NCBI GenBank assembly: GCA_963720465.1
Contig: OY970393.1
Coordinates: 1,504,001 to 1,568,000, forward strand
Length of the DNA: 64,000 nt
Reading direction: 5' to 3'
Origin: Methanobacteriota archaeon
Lineage (GTDB): Archaea > Halobacteriota > Bog-38 > Methanoflorentales > Methanoflorentaceae
The position numbers and the translations under genes were made by a program. How positions within the stretch are numbered: the stretch's first letter is position 1; each line of letters opens with the position of its first letter. The notes under the pieces are model-generated. The model made no database searches and was not told where the DNA came from. It saw only the letters and a program-made list of their open reading frames with translations. Below are positions 39,202-49,103 of the stretch, piece after piece.

Positions 39202-39531
39202 ACGCTTCCCTTGTTAGTTTATAAAGGCTTAAGCTAGAGAGCATGGAGAGCAAAAAAGGACGGAGATCAACGGACGGGCCTGTGTCAGGCGTCATTTCCC
39301 AATAGATCTATTTTGGGAATTATCAGACTAGCGGATAACGCCCGGCTCGACGCGTGCTCCTGAGGAAATGCGCTTGCATGCTTACGTCGCTATCTCCTCA
39401 TTGAAAAAGGAACGGCATCAATCACGATGCTGTCGCGGACATTAGCGAGAGATGCACAAACCCGCCCGTATCGTTGAGGACACGGAGAGAGGTGCAAGGC
39501 ACCCACGCGCTACGCGCTTAAATGGTACATA

Positions 39532-39871
39532 TTATTCTCTCGTGCGCTGCTCCATCACGTCGAGGTCCTGGAGCATTGCCGGCAATACCTCTTTAATGTC
39601 GCTCAGGTCGGCGCGTATGTGCCTCATATCGGCGGCGATTTCTTCTTGTATTTCCATAGTCATCTTTTCGTCTCAGTCTCAGCGAAACGAGTCCATTTAT
39701 TGCCTTTAATAGGTCGGCCTGGCACGTCCTCGCGTCGCTTCTTGATGTTTTTTTTAGATTTAGATTTAGCTTTCATTTTCTTATCAATCGCCAGGGCACC
39801 CACAGCTCAAGCGTTAACTGTCTGGTCCGCAGTGTGAGCAAGGAACCCTGCTTAAGTCGTTCTTCTTTCAT
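39532..39871 (-). CDS. Three translationally coupled micro-ORFs (39773-39871, 39660-39776, 39532-39663)
   Basis: Successive ATGA stop/start overlaps; 32, 38 and 43 aa. Confidence 0.55.
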
Positions 39872-39874
39872 GAT

Positions 39875-40264
39875 TCATTTCTTACGCCTGCGGTACGCCT
39901 TCTGGCGGCACGCGTTTGAACAATAAAGATTGCTAGTCCGCGCTTCTACCAAGTAGGTGCGGCGCCCCCATTTGTCATAGTACGGCACCTTTGGCATGCA
40001 TTTACCGCACTCAATGCACGCGTTATGTTCGCGGCGGTGGCACTTCGTGCAATGCTTCACGTAAACCTTGCCACCACATGCCGGACATACGCCAAAACTC
40101 GCAGGCGCAGATAAGGCTCTCGCGGCTGTCAAACCACAACAGACAACGTAGCTGCTACTAATTCGGCTATAAAGATTTAAGGCTTTACTCGCAGTTTGCC
40201 AGGTGCGTGCCAAAGTTGAGAGTTGCAACAACGCCGTCCTGTTGACGTTCTTGTGGTCAGGCAC
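39875..40264 (-). CDS. Zinc-finger protein of MGE type
   Basis: CPACG, CTKC, CIECG and YCSNACRQKAYRRR motifs. Confidence 0.7.
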   Translation of the reverse strand: MPDHKNVNRTALLQLSTLARTWQTASKALNLYSRISSSYVVCCGLTAARALSAPASFGVCPACGGKVYVKHCTKCHRREHNACIECGKCMPKVPYYDKWGRRTYLVEARTSNLYCSNACRQKAYRRRKK

Positions 40265-40437
40265 CTGCTGTAATCTTCTCGTGTTGGCTCATTACAGCGA
40301 TGAGTACCTCTTTTTTAGCCGCATGCGGCAGGGAGATTGCCGCTTTGTCTACTGATTTCCTTGCACCACCCCTCTGAGAAAAACCACGTTCAAAATAGCA
40401 ACCGTTATTGCCGATAAGTTCCTCTTCGGCAACGCGC

Positions 40438-40650
40438 ATGAAGAACATCACCGACTACCTTGAAAAAGAGCAGGTCGATCGGGTGCTTGCGGCGGCGCAC
40501 CAGTGCAGTCAGCGGGACTACTTCATGCTGCGGGTGCTGTGGCGCACCGGCGTGCGGGTCAACGAGTTGCTTACTATCACTCCACGCGATATCGAACCAA
40601 ACAACAGCGTGGTCAACGTCACGAAGGCGAAAGGAGGGAAGCATCGACAC
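40438..40650 (+). pseudogene. Truncated XerC/D-like tyrosine recombinase (a second family)
   Basis: YLEKEQVDRVL...RDYFMLRVLWRTGVRVNELL...KAKGGKHR, then similarity ends before HxxR and Tyr. Confidence 0.85.
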
Positions 40651-41002
40651 GAAGGAGCGGGCATCACGTTTTGCGACGTTCGCTACGATCTAGAGCTCGG
40701 AGCGCTATTGAGCGGTGAGCGCCGGGACACCTGAACTACGACGAGATACGAGAGACGTCAACACTGTATAGCCAAAAGTGCTGATTCCGGTGCATACGCA
40801 GCACCCTGAGGTGTTTAGCAATTTGCGAAAATGTCGTCATGCCAGCCAAGGAGCTAGCATTCAGACATAACGGCTCAATCCGTTAGAGTCCTGTTTAGCA
40901 GCACCCCCCTTAATCGGGTGCTAGAATATCGAAAAAACCTGTACCGCTAGTTATGATTCTTAGCAGTTAGCGGGGTATGTGTTGCGGCTATCTCTTGGTT
41001 AA

Positions 41003-41386
41003 TCACGGATTCTCCCGCCTCTCTTTGGGCCGCCCTCGCGTGAGCGATTCATACAAATTATCGAGGTATGCCTTTCGTTCTTTGATCGTCGGCTGCAATT
41101 GTTCAATAAACGCGATTCCACCCAGGCGCGTTATTTCGCGCTCCGTCTCGTTAACTTCTTGATCTAACTGCGCGAGTAAGTCAACTGCGTCATCCCTCAG
41201 GGCGGCCGCGTCGTTAAACATCGTTGCCGCGTTTCGTACGACGTCTTCCGCCTCGGTCGTAATTAGCGTCTCATAACGGTTCATCCACCAACCGACATTG
41301 TCCTTATACGTGGCTTTATCGGGGGTATTATCTCGGCGTAACGCTTTTGTAATCTTCGTTGCTGCTTTATCCAAGTTAATAGCCAT
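41003..41386 (-). CDS. Hypothetical coiled-coil protein with a C-terminal RGRP
   Basis: 127-aa ORF with an SD-like GAGGG; heptad-rich. Confidence 0.6.
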   Translation of the reverse strand: MAINLDKAATKITKALRRDNTPDKATYKDNVGWWMNRYETLITTEAEDVVRNAATMFNDAAALRDDAVDLLAQLDQEVNETEREITRLGGIAFIEQLQPTIKERKAYLDNLYESLTRGRPKERRENP

Positions 41387-41527
41387 TTTTAGACCCTCGG
41401 TTTTGCATATATCAGTAATGATACAACGGCAGCTCTATATTCGCGATATGCCCCTGTTTTTTTGGCGCGGACTATCCGTCACGCGATCATTGAAGTAGGG
41501 CTATCAACGCCCCGACGGCTGGCGGCT

Positions 41528-41638
41528 AACATCTGTTCAAATTGTGGGAAAGGCGTAACTCAAGAGGACAAGTTCTGTTCCAAATGCGGGAACTCACTTG
41601 TATTAGAAACGTTAGCATCTGAAATCTCCGGGCCATAA
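41528..41638 (+). pseudogene. Orphan C-terminal zinc-ribbon fragment
   Basis: CSNCGKGVTQEDKFCSKCGNSL; no start. Confidence 0.55.
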
Positions 41639-41682
41639 AACATATTTTTCTTGATATTCTGATCTTGCCTTTGGGTAACCTT

Positions 41683-42531
41683 TTACGTCGTACCTATCGT
41701 TAGCACTTCCAGCATACAGAAATAGAACTCTTCCAAATCAAGGATATAATTGTCGGAGTTGGGATCAAAGTGTGTTCGCCACTGCTTAAGATCTTCTTCT
41801 GATAAATATGGAGTTCCTATTTTAGCGTGCCATTCTGCATTACCTGCAATATAGCGTTTTGCTTCTGGAATGAGAGGTGAGAGTTTTTGTATGGCATGGC
41901 TTTTAGTAGATACATCTTTTAGGCCTGCCTGTAAAAAAAGCCCATGCAATTTTCGCCCGGTAAAGTTATCAAATGGGGGTTCTAAGGGATTTTCTTTAAG
42001 AGCCTGGGCCGCTGCTGTTAAGATTTTTAAAGACAACTGAGGCTCGATGGGATGGACAATAAAAAGGCCACCATCAAAATCCTTACCGGCAATTCTTCCA
42101 CCGTTCTTAGTTACTCTTTTCATCTCTTCGATAATCTTAAAATAATCTGTGACATAAGCAAAACAGTTGCTGAAAAAGACTAAATCAAAGGTATCATTGT
42201 CAAAGGAGGCATCGTGGAAATCATCTTTTCGAAACTCAATGATGTTACTAAGGGGATCTTTTTCCAGATTTTCCACAGCATAATTTATTAAATCTGGTGA
42301 GAAATCAAGCCCAACAACTCGCCCATTGGGCTTCACCTTCTCTGCTAGTAGGTGTGTCCATAAACCTGGTCCACATCCTAAATCCAGTACTACATCTCCT
42401 GGTTTAAGATTTAACTCATCAACCGTGTTACGCCGTTCCTGCAATTTTGTTTCATGATGGTCGAGAAGCCATTCTACATTGGTTAACTCCAAGCCCTTTT
42501 CACCCTTAAAATATTGATTCGTTCCTAACAT
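41683..42531 (-). CDS. Class I SAM-dependent methyltransferase (UbiE-like)
   Basis: VLDLGCGPG, VGLDFS, FDLV, EMKRVTKNGG; visibly AT-rich. Confidence 0.9.
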   Translation of the reverse strand: MLGTNQYFKGEKGLELTNVEWLLDHHETKLQERRNTVDELNLKPGDVVLDLGCGPGLWTHLLAEKVKPNGRVVGLDFSPDLINYAVENLEKDPLSNIIEFRKDDFHDASFDNDTFDLVFFSNCFAYVTDYFKIIEEMKRVTKNGGRIAGKDFDGGLFIVHPIEPQLSLKILTAAAQALKENPLEPPFDNFTGRKLHGLFLQAGLKDVSTKSHAIQKLSPLIPEAKRYIAGNAEWHAKIGTPYLSEEDLKQWRTHFDPNSDNYILDLEEFYFCMLEVLTIGTT

Positions 42532-42709
42532 AAAATATCCTCCTTATTATTTAGACGTGGAACCTATAAAGCACTTCATCAGATGAAGCTGTATTTTTGG
42601 TTGTTAATGGCGCTCGTTTAACAATAAAAGAGGCAACTGTTGATAAAACAGGAGAGGTAAGTCAGGCCAACAAAATGCTCCAAATGATGACAGTGGCAAG
42701 TATTGTAGA

Positions 42710-44062
42710 GTGATTCCTTTGGCAAAATTTCATAAAAAAATCCGAGCTAAGCCAGATGATGTACGTGAAACCGGCGAGAGGGATGAACTTTTGCCTGGAC
42801 AAGAAGACTACGATCTGATTATTGTCGGGGCCGGGCCTTCCGGGCTTTTTTGCGCCATAAACTCCATGCAGAATGGTAAAAAGATAGTGATTATAGAAAG
42901 AAAGGATTCCCCGGGGCATAAGCTCCTGATATCAGGTTTTGGCCGCTGCAATATAACTCACGATGGAGATATTCAGGGCTTTCTTGACCACTATGGAAAT
43001 CATGGCAGGTTCCTGCGCCCGGCTCTTCTCGGCTTCACGAACCGCGATCTCATTTCCTTCTTCAAAGACCTGGGGCTGGGCATGGTCCAAGAGAGGGGAG
43101 GTAAGATATTCCCGGATACTATGCAGGCAAGAGATGTGCTGAATATCTTGACCCTGCAATGCCAGGAATTGGGGGTAGTTATCAAGTGCAGCCAGGCTGT
43201 CACGTCCATAACCCGGAGGGAGGATGGTTTTTTTGTGGGCTGTGTTGGTGGCAGCTATCGCTCCAAGCTGTTGGTGATAGCCACAGGGGGATGCTCCTAT
43301 CCAGCCACGGGATCGAGCGGAGACGGCTACAGGTTTGCCGGCATCCTTGGCCACAGCATATCTGAGATCGGTCCGGCTCTAACCCCAATTTTCATAAAGG
43401 AATATCCTTTCTCTGAGCTGGCCGGTCTCTCGTTTTCGGATATGAAGATCTCGCTCTATCGCCATGCAAAAATCAAAGAACATCGGGGCGATATTCTTTT
43501 CACCCATGATGGACTCTCGGGCCCAGGAATTTTGGACCTATCCAGATATATCAGAGCAGAAGACGTAATTAAGCTCTCTTTTGTACCGGAGGACAGACGA
43601 GAGGCACTGGAGGAATGGCTCGTGGAAAGGGCACGGCGTGATGGTGGAAGGAGCTTACGGTCTGTGCTGGCAAGTCTGCCTAACTTTGTGCCTCCTGGTG
43701 TGCCACTCTCTCCCCGTTTGACAAAGAGGTTGCTGGAGATCTCGGGGATTGCCTCTGACCTGCAAACGGCTCAATTGACCCGAAAGATGCGAAATCGATT
43801 GATTGATAATCTGACAGGTCTACCTCTGGTCGTATCCGATGTTTGTGGCTTTAACCTGGCCATGTGCACCAGAGGTGGAGTGGAAACCGCTGAGGTCGAT
43901 CCCAAAACCACGCAGTCCAGACTGGTCAAAGGACTATATCTGGTGGGCGAGGTTTTGGATGTGGACGGGGATACGGGGGGCTATAATCTGCAAGCGGCAT
44001 TTTCTACGGGAATGCTGGCTGCTAGGAGCATCAAGAGCGATTTTGACAGAATTAGCGGCTAA
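42710..44062 (+). CDS. HI0933/BaiN-family NAD(P)/FAD-dependent oxidoreductase; start uncertain
   Basis: GAGPSG, KLLISGFGRCNITH, ATGGCSYP.TGSSGDG, LFTH.GLSGP, GEVLDVDGDTGGYNLQ. Confidence 0.92.
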   Translation: MIPLAKFHKKIRAKPDDVRETGERDELLPGQEDYDLIIVGAGPSGLFCAINSMQNGKKIVIIERKDSPGHKLLISGFGRCNITHDGDIQGFLDHYGNHGRFLRPALLGFTNRDLISFFKDLGLGMVQERGGKIFPDTMQARDVLNILTLQCQELGVVIKCSQAVTSITRREDGFFVGCVGGSYRSKLLVIATGGCSYPATGSSGDGYRFAGILGHSISEIGPALTPIFIKEYPFSELAGLSFSDMKISLYRHAKIKEHRGDILFTHDGLSGPGILDLSRYIRAEDVIKLSFVPEDRREALEEWLVERARRDGGRSLRSVLASLPNFVPPGVPLSPRLTKRLLEISGIASDLQTAQLTRKMRNRLIDNLTGLPLVVSDVCGFNLAMCTRGGVETAEVDPKTTQSRLVKGLYLVGEVLDVDGDTGGYNLQAAFSTGMLAARSIKSDFDRISG

Positions 44063-44115
44063 AAAAGTGTTTTAGGTGGCGTAATACTTTTCTTGTGTAA
44101 TACTAATAATCCGGT

Positions 44116-44673
44116 ATGTCTGGAGAAACAGAAGCAGTAAAAACCGTTGCCGGACTTATGGCGCTGGCAGCACGGACCGCACCGAAAGCCGTAGGACTCG
44201 ATTCAATCACTATTGAGATCGTCACGGGCAAAGACCAGGAGATGATCGCCGAGAAGATGATCCAAATCGCTGCCGAAACCGACATGGACTTTTTTCGGAT
44301 CAACGGTGAACAGGTCAAAGTCAGTGATGCAACGTTCCTCATCGGAGTAAGCGGGGGGAAGCCACTCGGACTGAACTGTGGTGGATGCGGATACGTAAGC
44401 TGCAAGGATATGGAAATAGCCAGTGCAGCGGCAAAGGCCGATAAAACGGATTACAAAGGTCCGAACTGCGTGTTCAAGGTTACTGACCTTGGCATTGCTG
44501 TAGGGTCAGCGGTGAAAACGGCGAGCATCCATAATGTGGACAATCGTGTCATGTATTCCGCCGGCGTTGCCGCAATGAAACTCGGGATGTTCAAAGGATG
44601 CAGTATGGTGTATGGGATTCCCCTGAGAGCCTCCGGGAAAAACATCTACTTTGCTGCTGCGATCGAGCATTAA
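44116..44673 (+). CDS. DUF2148 ferredoxin-domain protein
   Basis: AARTAPKA, NCGGCG..C, DLGIAVGSAVKTA, VDNRVMYSAG. Confidence 0.88.
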   Translation: MSGETEAVKTVAGLMALAARTAPKAVGLDSITIEIVTGKDQEMIAEKMIQIAAETDMDFFRINGEQVKVSDATFLIGVSGGKPLGLNCGGCGYVSCKDMEIASAAAKADKTDYKGPNCVFKVTDLGIAVGSAVKTASIHNVDNRVMYSAGVAAMKLGMFKGCSMVYGIPLRASGKNIYFAAAIEH

Positions 44674-45033
44674 ACACGATCTCGCTATGGACTTATTGCG
44701 CTATCCCGATTCCGTAAACTGTACGACGAGGAAAAATAAGGAACGATAGGCTTTTTTAACGGTAATTAGGCCCTTCGTGGTTTCTTCTCCAGAGCTTATC
44801 TCTTCCCGCGTTGAGACTGTATTAAGCTCCTCTGACAAGTTTTGTCCAATCTGTCCCGCAAGGCCTTCTAACCTAGATGTCAGGCAGGTTTAGGCCAAAC
44901 TCTGCTTGGTGGTGAGATCAGGCTTTTTTCTACAGAATGCGCTCGTTTCTAATACATCTAAAAGAGAAGACTTAAGCTACTACACTGCTCTCGTACGCTT
45001 TTGACTCATTTTTTTGTCAAGGGGGAAATGTGC

Positions 45034-45804
45034 ATGGAAAAAAAGTTATTAGTCACTATCATACTTGTTGTGATTGCCTCATTATCGATAGCGGGATGCA
45101 CTACTTCATCGACGCCTGTAAGCCAGACTCCGACGGCAGCGGCAAGCTCGGCGAGCTCACCAACCCCGTCGGTAGGCACGCAAACTCAAGCGACACCCAC
45201 TTCGTCACCCACTTCGGTGCCAACGACGCCACAACTGACAGTGGCGACTCCCGCAGAAATAGCGGCGCTACCGACAACGCCACCCGCGAACTTTCAATCT
45301 TACACCGGCCCATTCGTTGGAAGCATTAAATCGGACGTCTATCACTATCCGTGGTGCTCTGAAGCACAGAAGATTCTGCCGGAGAACCTCGTAATCTTCC
45401 CCACAGTAGCGGACGCCTGCGCAGCAGGCTACCGACCGTGTGAGGTCTGCAAGCCGCCAGCGTGCGGTTCGCCAACGCCAACACCCACACCAACACCCTC
45501 ATCCTCCATACAGGTCATTATCTCCGGTCCGACTACACTACGTGATGGCCAGGGGGCAACGTGGACCGCCACAGTTCTAGTAAATGGCGTGGCACTCCCG
45601 CAATCCCAGCTAACCAACCAAATAGATTGGTTTATTGATGGTCACGCCGCAGGTGGCTCTTGGGGTCCAGGCACACTAACCACAGATGCCAACGGTTCAA
45701 TGACAACGTGGGCTCCAAACGGTGTCCACACTCTCAATGCTGAATACCTTGGGGACCCATCCCTGCCTAACACCTCGATAACAGTAACGGTAGTAGCATC
45801 ATGA
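45034..45804 (+). CDS. Lipoprotein with an Ada-type metal-binding domain and an Ig-like C-terminus
   Basis: Lipobox SIAGC, Pro/Thr linkers, FVGSIKSDVYHYPWC...GYRPCEVCKP. Confidence 0.8.
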   Translation: MEKKLLVTIILVVIASLSIAGCTTSSTPVSQTPTAAASSASSPTPSVGTQTQATPTSSPTSVPTTPQLTVATPAEIAALPTTPPANFQSYTGPFVGSIKSDVYHYPWCSEAQKILPENLVIFPTVADACAAGYRPCEVCKPPACGSPTPTPTPTPSSSIQVIISGPTTLRDGQGATWTATVLVNGVALPQSQLTNQIDWFIDGHAAGGSWGPGTLTTDANGSMTTWAPNGVHTLNAEYLGDPSLPNTSITVTVVAS

Positions 45805-45831
45805 GCATCGAAGACGGCGTACTCAGAGAGC

Positions 45832-45912
45832 AGCACTAGCGGGAACGTCTGGTATAGCGAGTATAATCTTGGTAACTGGGGTCAATGGTCCTTCTTAGGT
45901 AACCTCCTCTAG
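45832..45912 (+). pseudogene. Orphan last repeat of a fucose-lectin/PLL-like propeller
   Basis: STSGNVWYSEYNLGNWGQWSFLGNLL*. Confidence 0.45.
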
Positions 45913-45948
45913 TTGAGCAGCCAACTAAACCAAGGCGAAACGTATGAT

Positions 45949-45985
45949 AAGAGTCGGAGCAGTCCGGCTCAACTCTTTTATTTTT
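45949..45985 (+). terminator. Hairpin + T-tract terminator
   Basis: GAGTCGGA-GCAG-TCCGGCTC, then CTTTTATTTTT. Confidence 0.5.
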
Positions 45986-46124
45986 GACTATCTGAAGGCC
46001 GGTGCTGCACCAGGATTTAGCCCATTTCAGCGCACCTTGATAGCTAAACGTGTCTGCTTGGGTTCTAGCGCATAAACTCGGCCTAGAAACGGATTGAATC
46101 TTTGCTCGACGGGCCATCTCGCTC

Positions 46125-46220
46125 TGAGAATTCGACATCGCTCCAATACTTCCTATAGATATCAAAAACCGGCCCAGGCCTTGGACTCTTGTAAAACCTC
46201 CAGTCCACACTTGCTATCCT
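46125..46220 (-). pseudogene. Integrase 3'-tail remnant F (not in the ORF track)
   Basis: Manual translation RIASVDWRFYKSPRPGPVFDIYRKYWSDVEF vs GVSGVEWGHYRNPLPENVYDIYMKYWRDVDF. Confidence 0.85.
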
Positions 46221-46319
46221 CTGTTTTCATTTCTTGCCTCTGCCTCTCGCATCACGATTCACTCCTTTTGTTTAACAAAGGGCTTAGGCCCATTCGGATG
46301 CTTACAGCAGAGCTATAGT

Positions 46320-46349
46320 AAAAAAAAGAAGCCAGGTCATCCCTGGCTT
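46320..46349 (-). terminator. Hairpin + T8 terminator
   Basis: AAGCCAGG-GATGA-CCTGGCTT-C-TTTTTTTT. Confidence 0.75.
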
Positions 46350-46582
46350 AAATCGAATTCGATTTTAGTTTTTGCGACTGCCCTGATTAATGACTGACCT
46401 TATCAGGTCGCTCGTAAATCAACGATCGTCTACGGATCACTGAAATAAGGGCACTCGCCTTTCTCTATTCTCTAATGCTCCCAGTCTTAGCAGCTGCGCC
46501 CATAGCTGAAATCAGCTATAGGTACTCGCCGTCGTTTTTACAGCAGTGCTGTAGCACGACGTGCGGTCATCGCTTGTAGACT
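46350..46582 (-). ncRNA. Candidate highly structured 3' RNA element behind the Cys-rich gene
   Basis: Six or more stems (see findings); G-U pairs favour the minus strand. Confidence 0.5.
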
Positions 46583-46585
46583 TAC

Positions 46586-47155
46586 TCAGCTCTTTGCGAT
46601 TGCCGTTGCGTTGCCCCAGGCCACGGCAGGGCTGGTGTTGATGTCTTTGATGACAACGTTGCTGTTGACAGCAGTGTTGCTCTGGCTGGTTCCGGTTGGG
46701 ATCGCAGCTTGTATACTGTCACCGGTTGCTAGCCCCCTACCGACGGTGTTATTGTCGCCAGTAACTGATTGGGTGTTTGTCTGGATGATCGTCTGCGTGG
46801 ATGCGGATGCTTGGCTTGATCCACTCGCGCTCGCGGCCGCGCCACCCTTGGCAGCGACTGCGGCTGCAGGCGTAACGACTGTCTTAACGGGCATTGGCTT
46901 CCAGACGGGCATCGCCCAGACTGCTTTGACCGCACAGCACTGAGTGACTACGCAGCACGCGACTGTTGGACAGCAGCACGTTGTGGGACAGCAGCTGCTG
47001 CAGCACGTTGATGTCACGCAGCTCGTGCACTGAGCACATACCGTCGCTGCACTAGTGCTTGACGTGACCTTGGCGGCGCACTGGGCTGAAACTGTGCCCG
47101 TCGCTGCTAGTGCCACAAAAGCGAGCACTAACAGAGACACGATAACTTTCTTCAT
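46586..47155 (-). CDS. Secreted Cys-rich / low-complexity protein
   Basis: BRE-TATA (GAAAAAGCCTTATAA) and GGAG SD upstream; signal peptide; 15 Cys in about 50 aa; Q/N/T/S-rich C-terminus. Confidence 0.85.
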   Translation of the reverse strand: MKKVIVSLLVLAFVALAATGTVSAQCAAKVTSSTSAATVCAQCTSCVTSTCCSSCCPTTCCCPTVACCVVTQCCAVKAVWAMPVWKPMPVKTVVTPAAAVAAKGGAAASASGSSQASASTQTIIQTNTQSVTGDNNTVGRGLATGDSIQAAIPTGTSQSNTAVNSNVVIKDINTSPAVAWGNATAIAKS

Positions 47156-47486
47156 GATTCATCTCCTTGTTAGGTAACTACGTTTTATCTAACGTTTTTT
47201 CACTAGAGCAGATTCTTATAAGGCTTTTTCGATTTTGACTCGTTTTTGCAGTCTCGCGGGATTCTGAACCCCCAGAGCACTCGCTCGCTCTTGAAAAAAT
47301 AGCGATCAAGAACTTTAAACGCAAGGGCAATAGGCACTGGAGCATTGGTTTCCACGGGAATCGCCTTCGGCTTGGCAACATCTCCTCATCGCTTCCAGTT
47401 CTCGCCGCAAGCAAGGGATATCGTCGTCGTTGTGTTATCCGTTCACACAAAGCGATCGTCTTTTTCCTGGTAATGGTCATAGGGCT

Positions 47487-47663
47487 ATGCTGGTGTTGGG
47501 GCCACTCGCCGTTTATGCCGTGACGCTACGAAATTTCGACCGCATCTTCGATCCCATCATCCGTTTCTTGAAAAAACACGGCAGTCAGCTGATTGCCGCC
47601 GTGTTCTTTGTCATCGGCATCTACCTTGTCGCGCGTGGCGTGACGTCGGCAATGATGTTGTAG
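47487..47663 (+). pseudogene. C-terminal fragment of a GAP/Sap-family membrane protein
   Basis: DRIFDPIIRFLKKHGSQLIAAVFFVIGIYLVARGV. Confidence 0.55.
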
Positions 47664-47697
47664 AAGATGTCATTTAAGCTTTCGAACTGATGGGGAC

Positions 47698-47975
47698 TCA
47701 ACCTGAAAGTTCGACATCGCCCCAGTATCGCACGTAAATATCGTGGACGTGCTCAGGAAGCGGATGCTTATAGAAACACCAATCCACTCCAGAAACGCCG
47801 TGAGTGAGAATGTAATTCCTGTTACTTTGATCCCACTGCAATATATCGCCCATTTGTTCACAAAATTTCCTAAGATCTCCGTGGACGATACGAGCATCGC
47901 TGTGCAACAGACGGACTTCGTTGTGCCTAAGCCACTGCTGAAAGGACAGTTGCGCAAAAGCAGGTTCATCATCTT
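47698..47975 (-). pseudogene. Integrase 3'-tail remnant D
   Basis: QDDEPAFAQLSFQQWLRH...GDLRKFCEQMGDILQWDQSNRNYILTHGVSGVDWCFYKHPLPEHVHDIYVRYWGDVEL. Confidence 0.92.
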
Positions 47976-48054
47976 GTCACAGTGTAGGGGCCAGATCGAA
48001 AGACTTAATTCCTTCCCAAATAACGCTCTGCTTTGCAGTCAAAGGTTCATTCAG

Positions 48055-48990
48055 ATGAATATCACAACGCACGCGGTCGTCGCGTTTGTGCTCGGGATCG
48101 TTCTTTTCCGCAACGTTGAGCTTGCCTTGATCATGCTCATGGGTGCCGTGATTCCTGATTTAGATCGAGAGTATTTCTACTTGAAAAGAGACCGCTACAG
48201 GGCGCTTCAGCTTCACCGAGCAGCCCTTCACAACTTTGTGGTTGCTGGGATATTGTGGGTAGCGAATCCTCTCTTGGCTCTCGGCGCCTTGAGCCATTAT
48301 TTTTTGGACATCTTTACGTCGGCTACTGATCGGGGCATTGAGTTCTTGTTTCCTTTTACTAGGGTTGTCGGCACGTGGCTGTATGGCATCGAAGGGGAGA
48401 CCAAAAACGGAGTAAAGATGTTCAAGTACACCGTCAAGGAGAAGAAAACGGGGGAAAAGAAACTACAATGGTGGGTGGAAGACCCGTGGCGTTTGCTATA
48501 TCAGACCAGTGAGGTTGATCTGTTCGAACCAAATCCGCAACCTTGGAGGAGATCCTACGGGCCTTTTAGGAATAGCAAGATTGTCGACTGGGGAATATTC
48601 GTTGGAAGCGTGTTATTTCTACTTTTGCTACTCGTGCCTGCCACATCGCGAACAACATTTTATTCATCACTCGGGCTCGACCTGCTTCACGGGTTTTGGT
48701 TCGGCTTGGCATTCGGAAGTATCGCCTTATTCTTTTGGCTAGGAGAACGTTCCCGGAAACAATCGGCTGAACCGCAGCTTAAGCTCACGAACTGGCCGGT
48801 TGACGCAGCGCTTCTCGTTGCAGTTATCCTCTTTTTCCTAGGGGGACTTTTGGGAGGGGTCTTTTCTGTGCACTTGCCCAGCACCATAGCCACAGATGTG
48901 CTTGGAGCTGGCGTCGGCTCAATAGCTATTGGTCTAATCCTATCTTACGGGTACAGGAAAATGAGAAAGTCTGAAGACCTATCACTATAA
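48055..48990 (+). CDS. Membrane-bound metal-dependent hydrolase (YdjM-like)
   Basis: TTH, GAVIPDLD, HRAALHN, SHYFLD, G...LFPF. Confidence 0.85.
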   Translation: MNITTHAVVAFVLGIVLFRNVELALIMLMGAVIPDLDREYFYLKRDRYRALQLHRAALHNFVVAGILWVANPLLALGALSHYFLDIFTSATDRGIEFLFPFTRVVGTWLYGIEGETKNGVKMFKYTVKEKKTGEKKLQWWVEDPWRLLYQTSEVDLFEPNPQPWRRSYGPFRNSKIVDWGIFVGSVLFLLLLLVPATSRTTFYSSLGLDLLHGFWFGLAFGSIALFFWLGERSRKQSAEPQLKLTNWPVDAALLVAVILFFLGGLLGGVFSVHLPSTIATDVLGAGVGSIAIGLILSYGYRKMRKSEDLSL

Positions 48991-49103
48991 AGCGACAAGG
49001 AAACAAAACTCAAGGTTGCCGCCCTGTTTTTAATGCGTTTTCACTCATTTCCTCACTCAGCACCGACTGCCTTCTTCTTCTGAAATGCCTTCGGAGATAC
49101 GCA

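Noticed and set aside
44700-44890. Possible integrase N-proximal linker remnant
   Set aside because: An open frame with similar composition but no alignable motif.
46535-46588. Selenocysteine read-through of the Cys-rich gene's TGA with a SECIS
   Set aside because: Read-through adds only about 15 unremarkable residues, and I see no clear archaeal SECIS motif.
46586-47155. RiPP precursor
   Set aside because: Sec-type signal peptide, 189-aa length, and no adjacent YcaO, radical SAM or LanM enzyme.
47743-48054. N-terminal extension of the 415-aa ORF
   Set aside because: It is the antisense of integrase tail D; the hydrolase starts at 48055. The extensions on lysA, dapL, 8361, 13733, 23626 and 59768 were trimmed for similar reasons.
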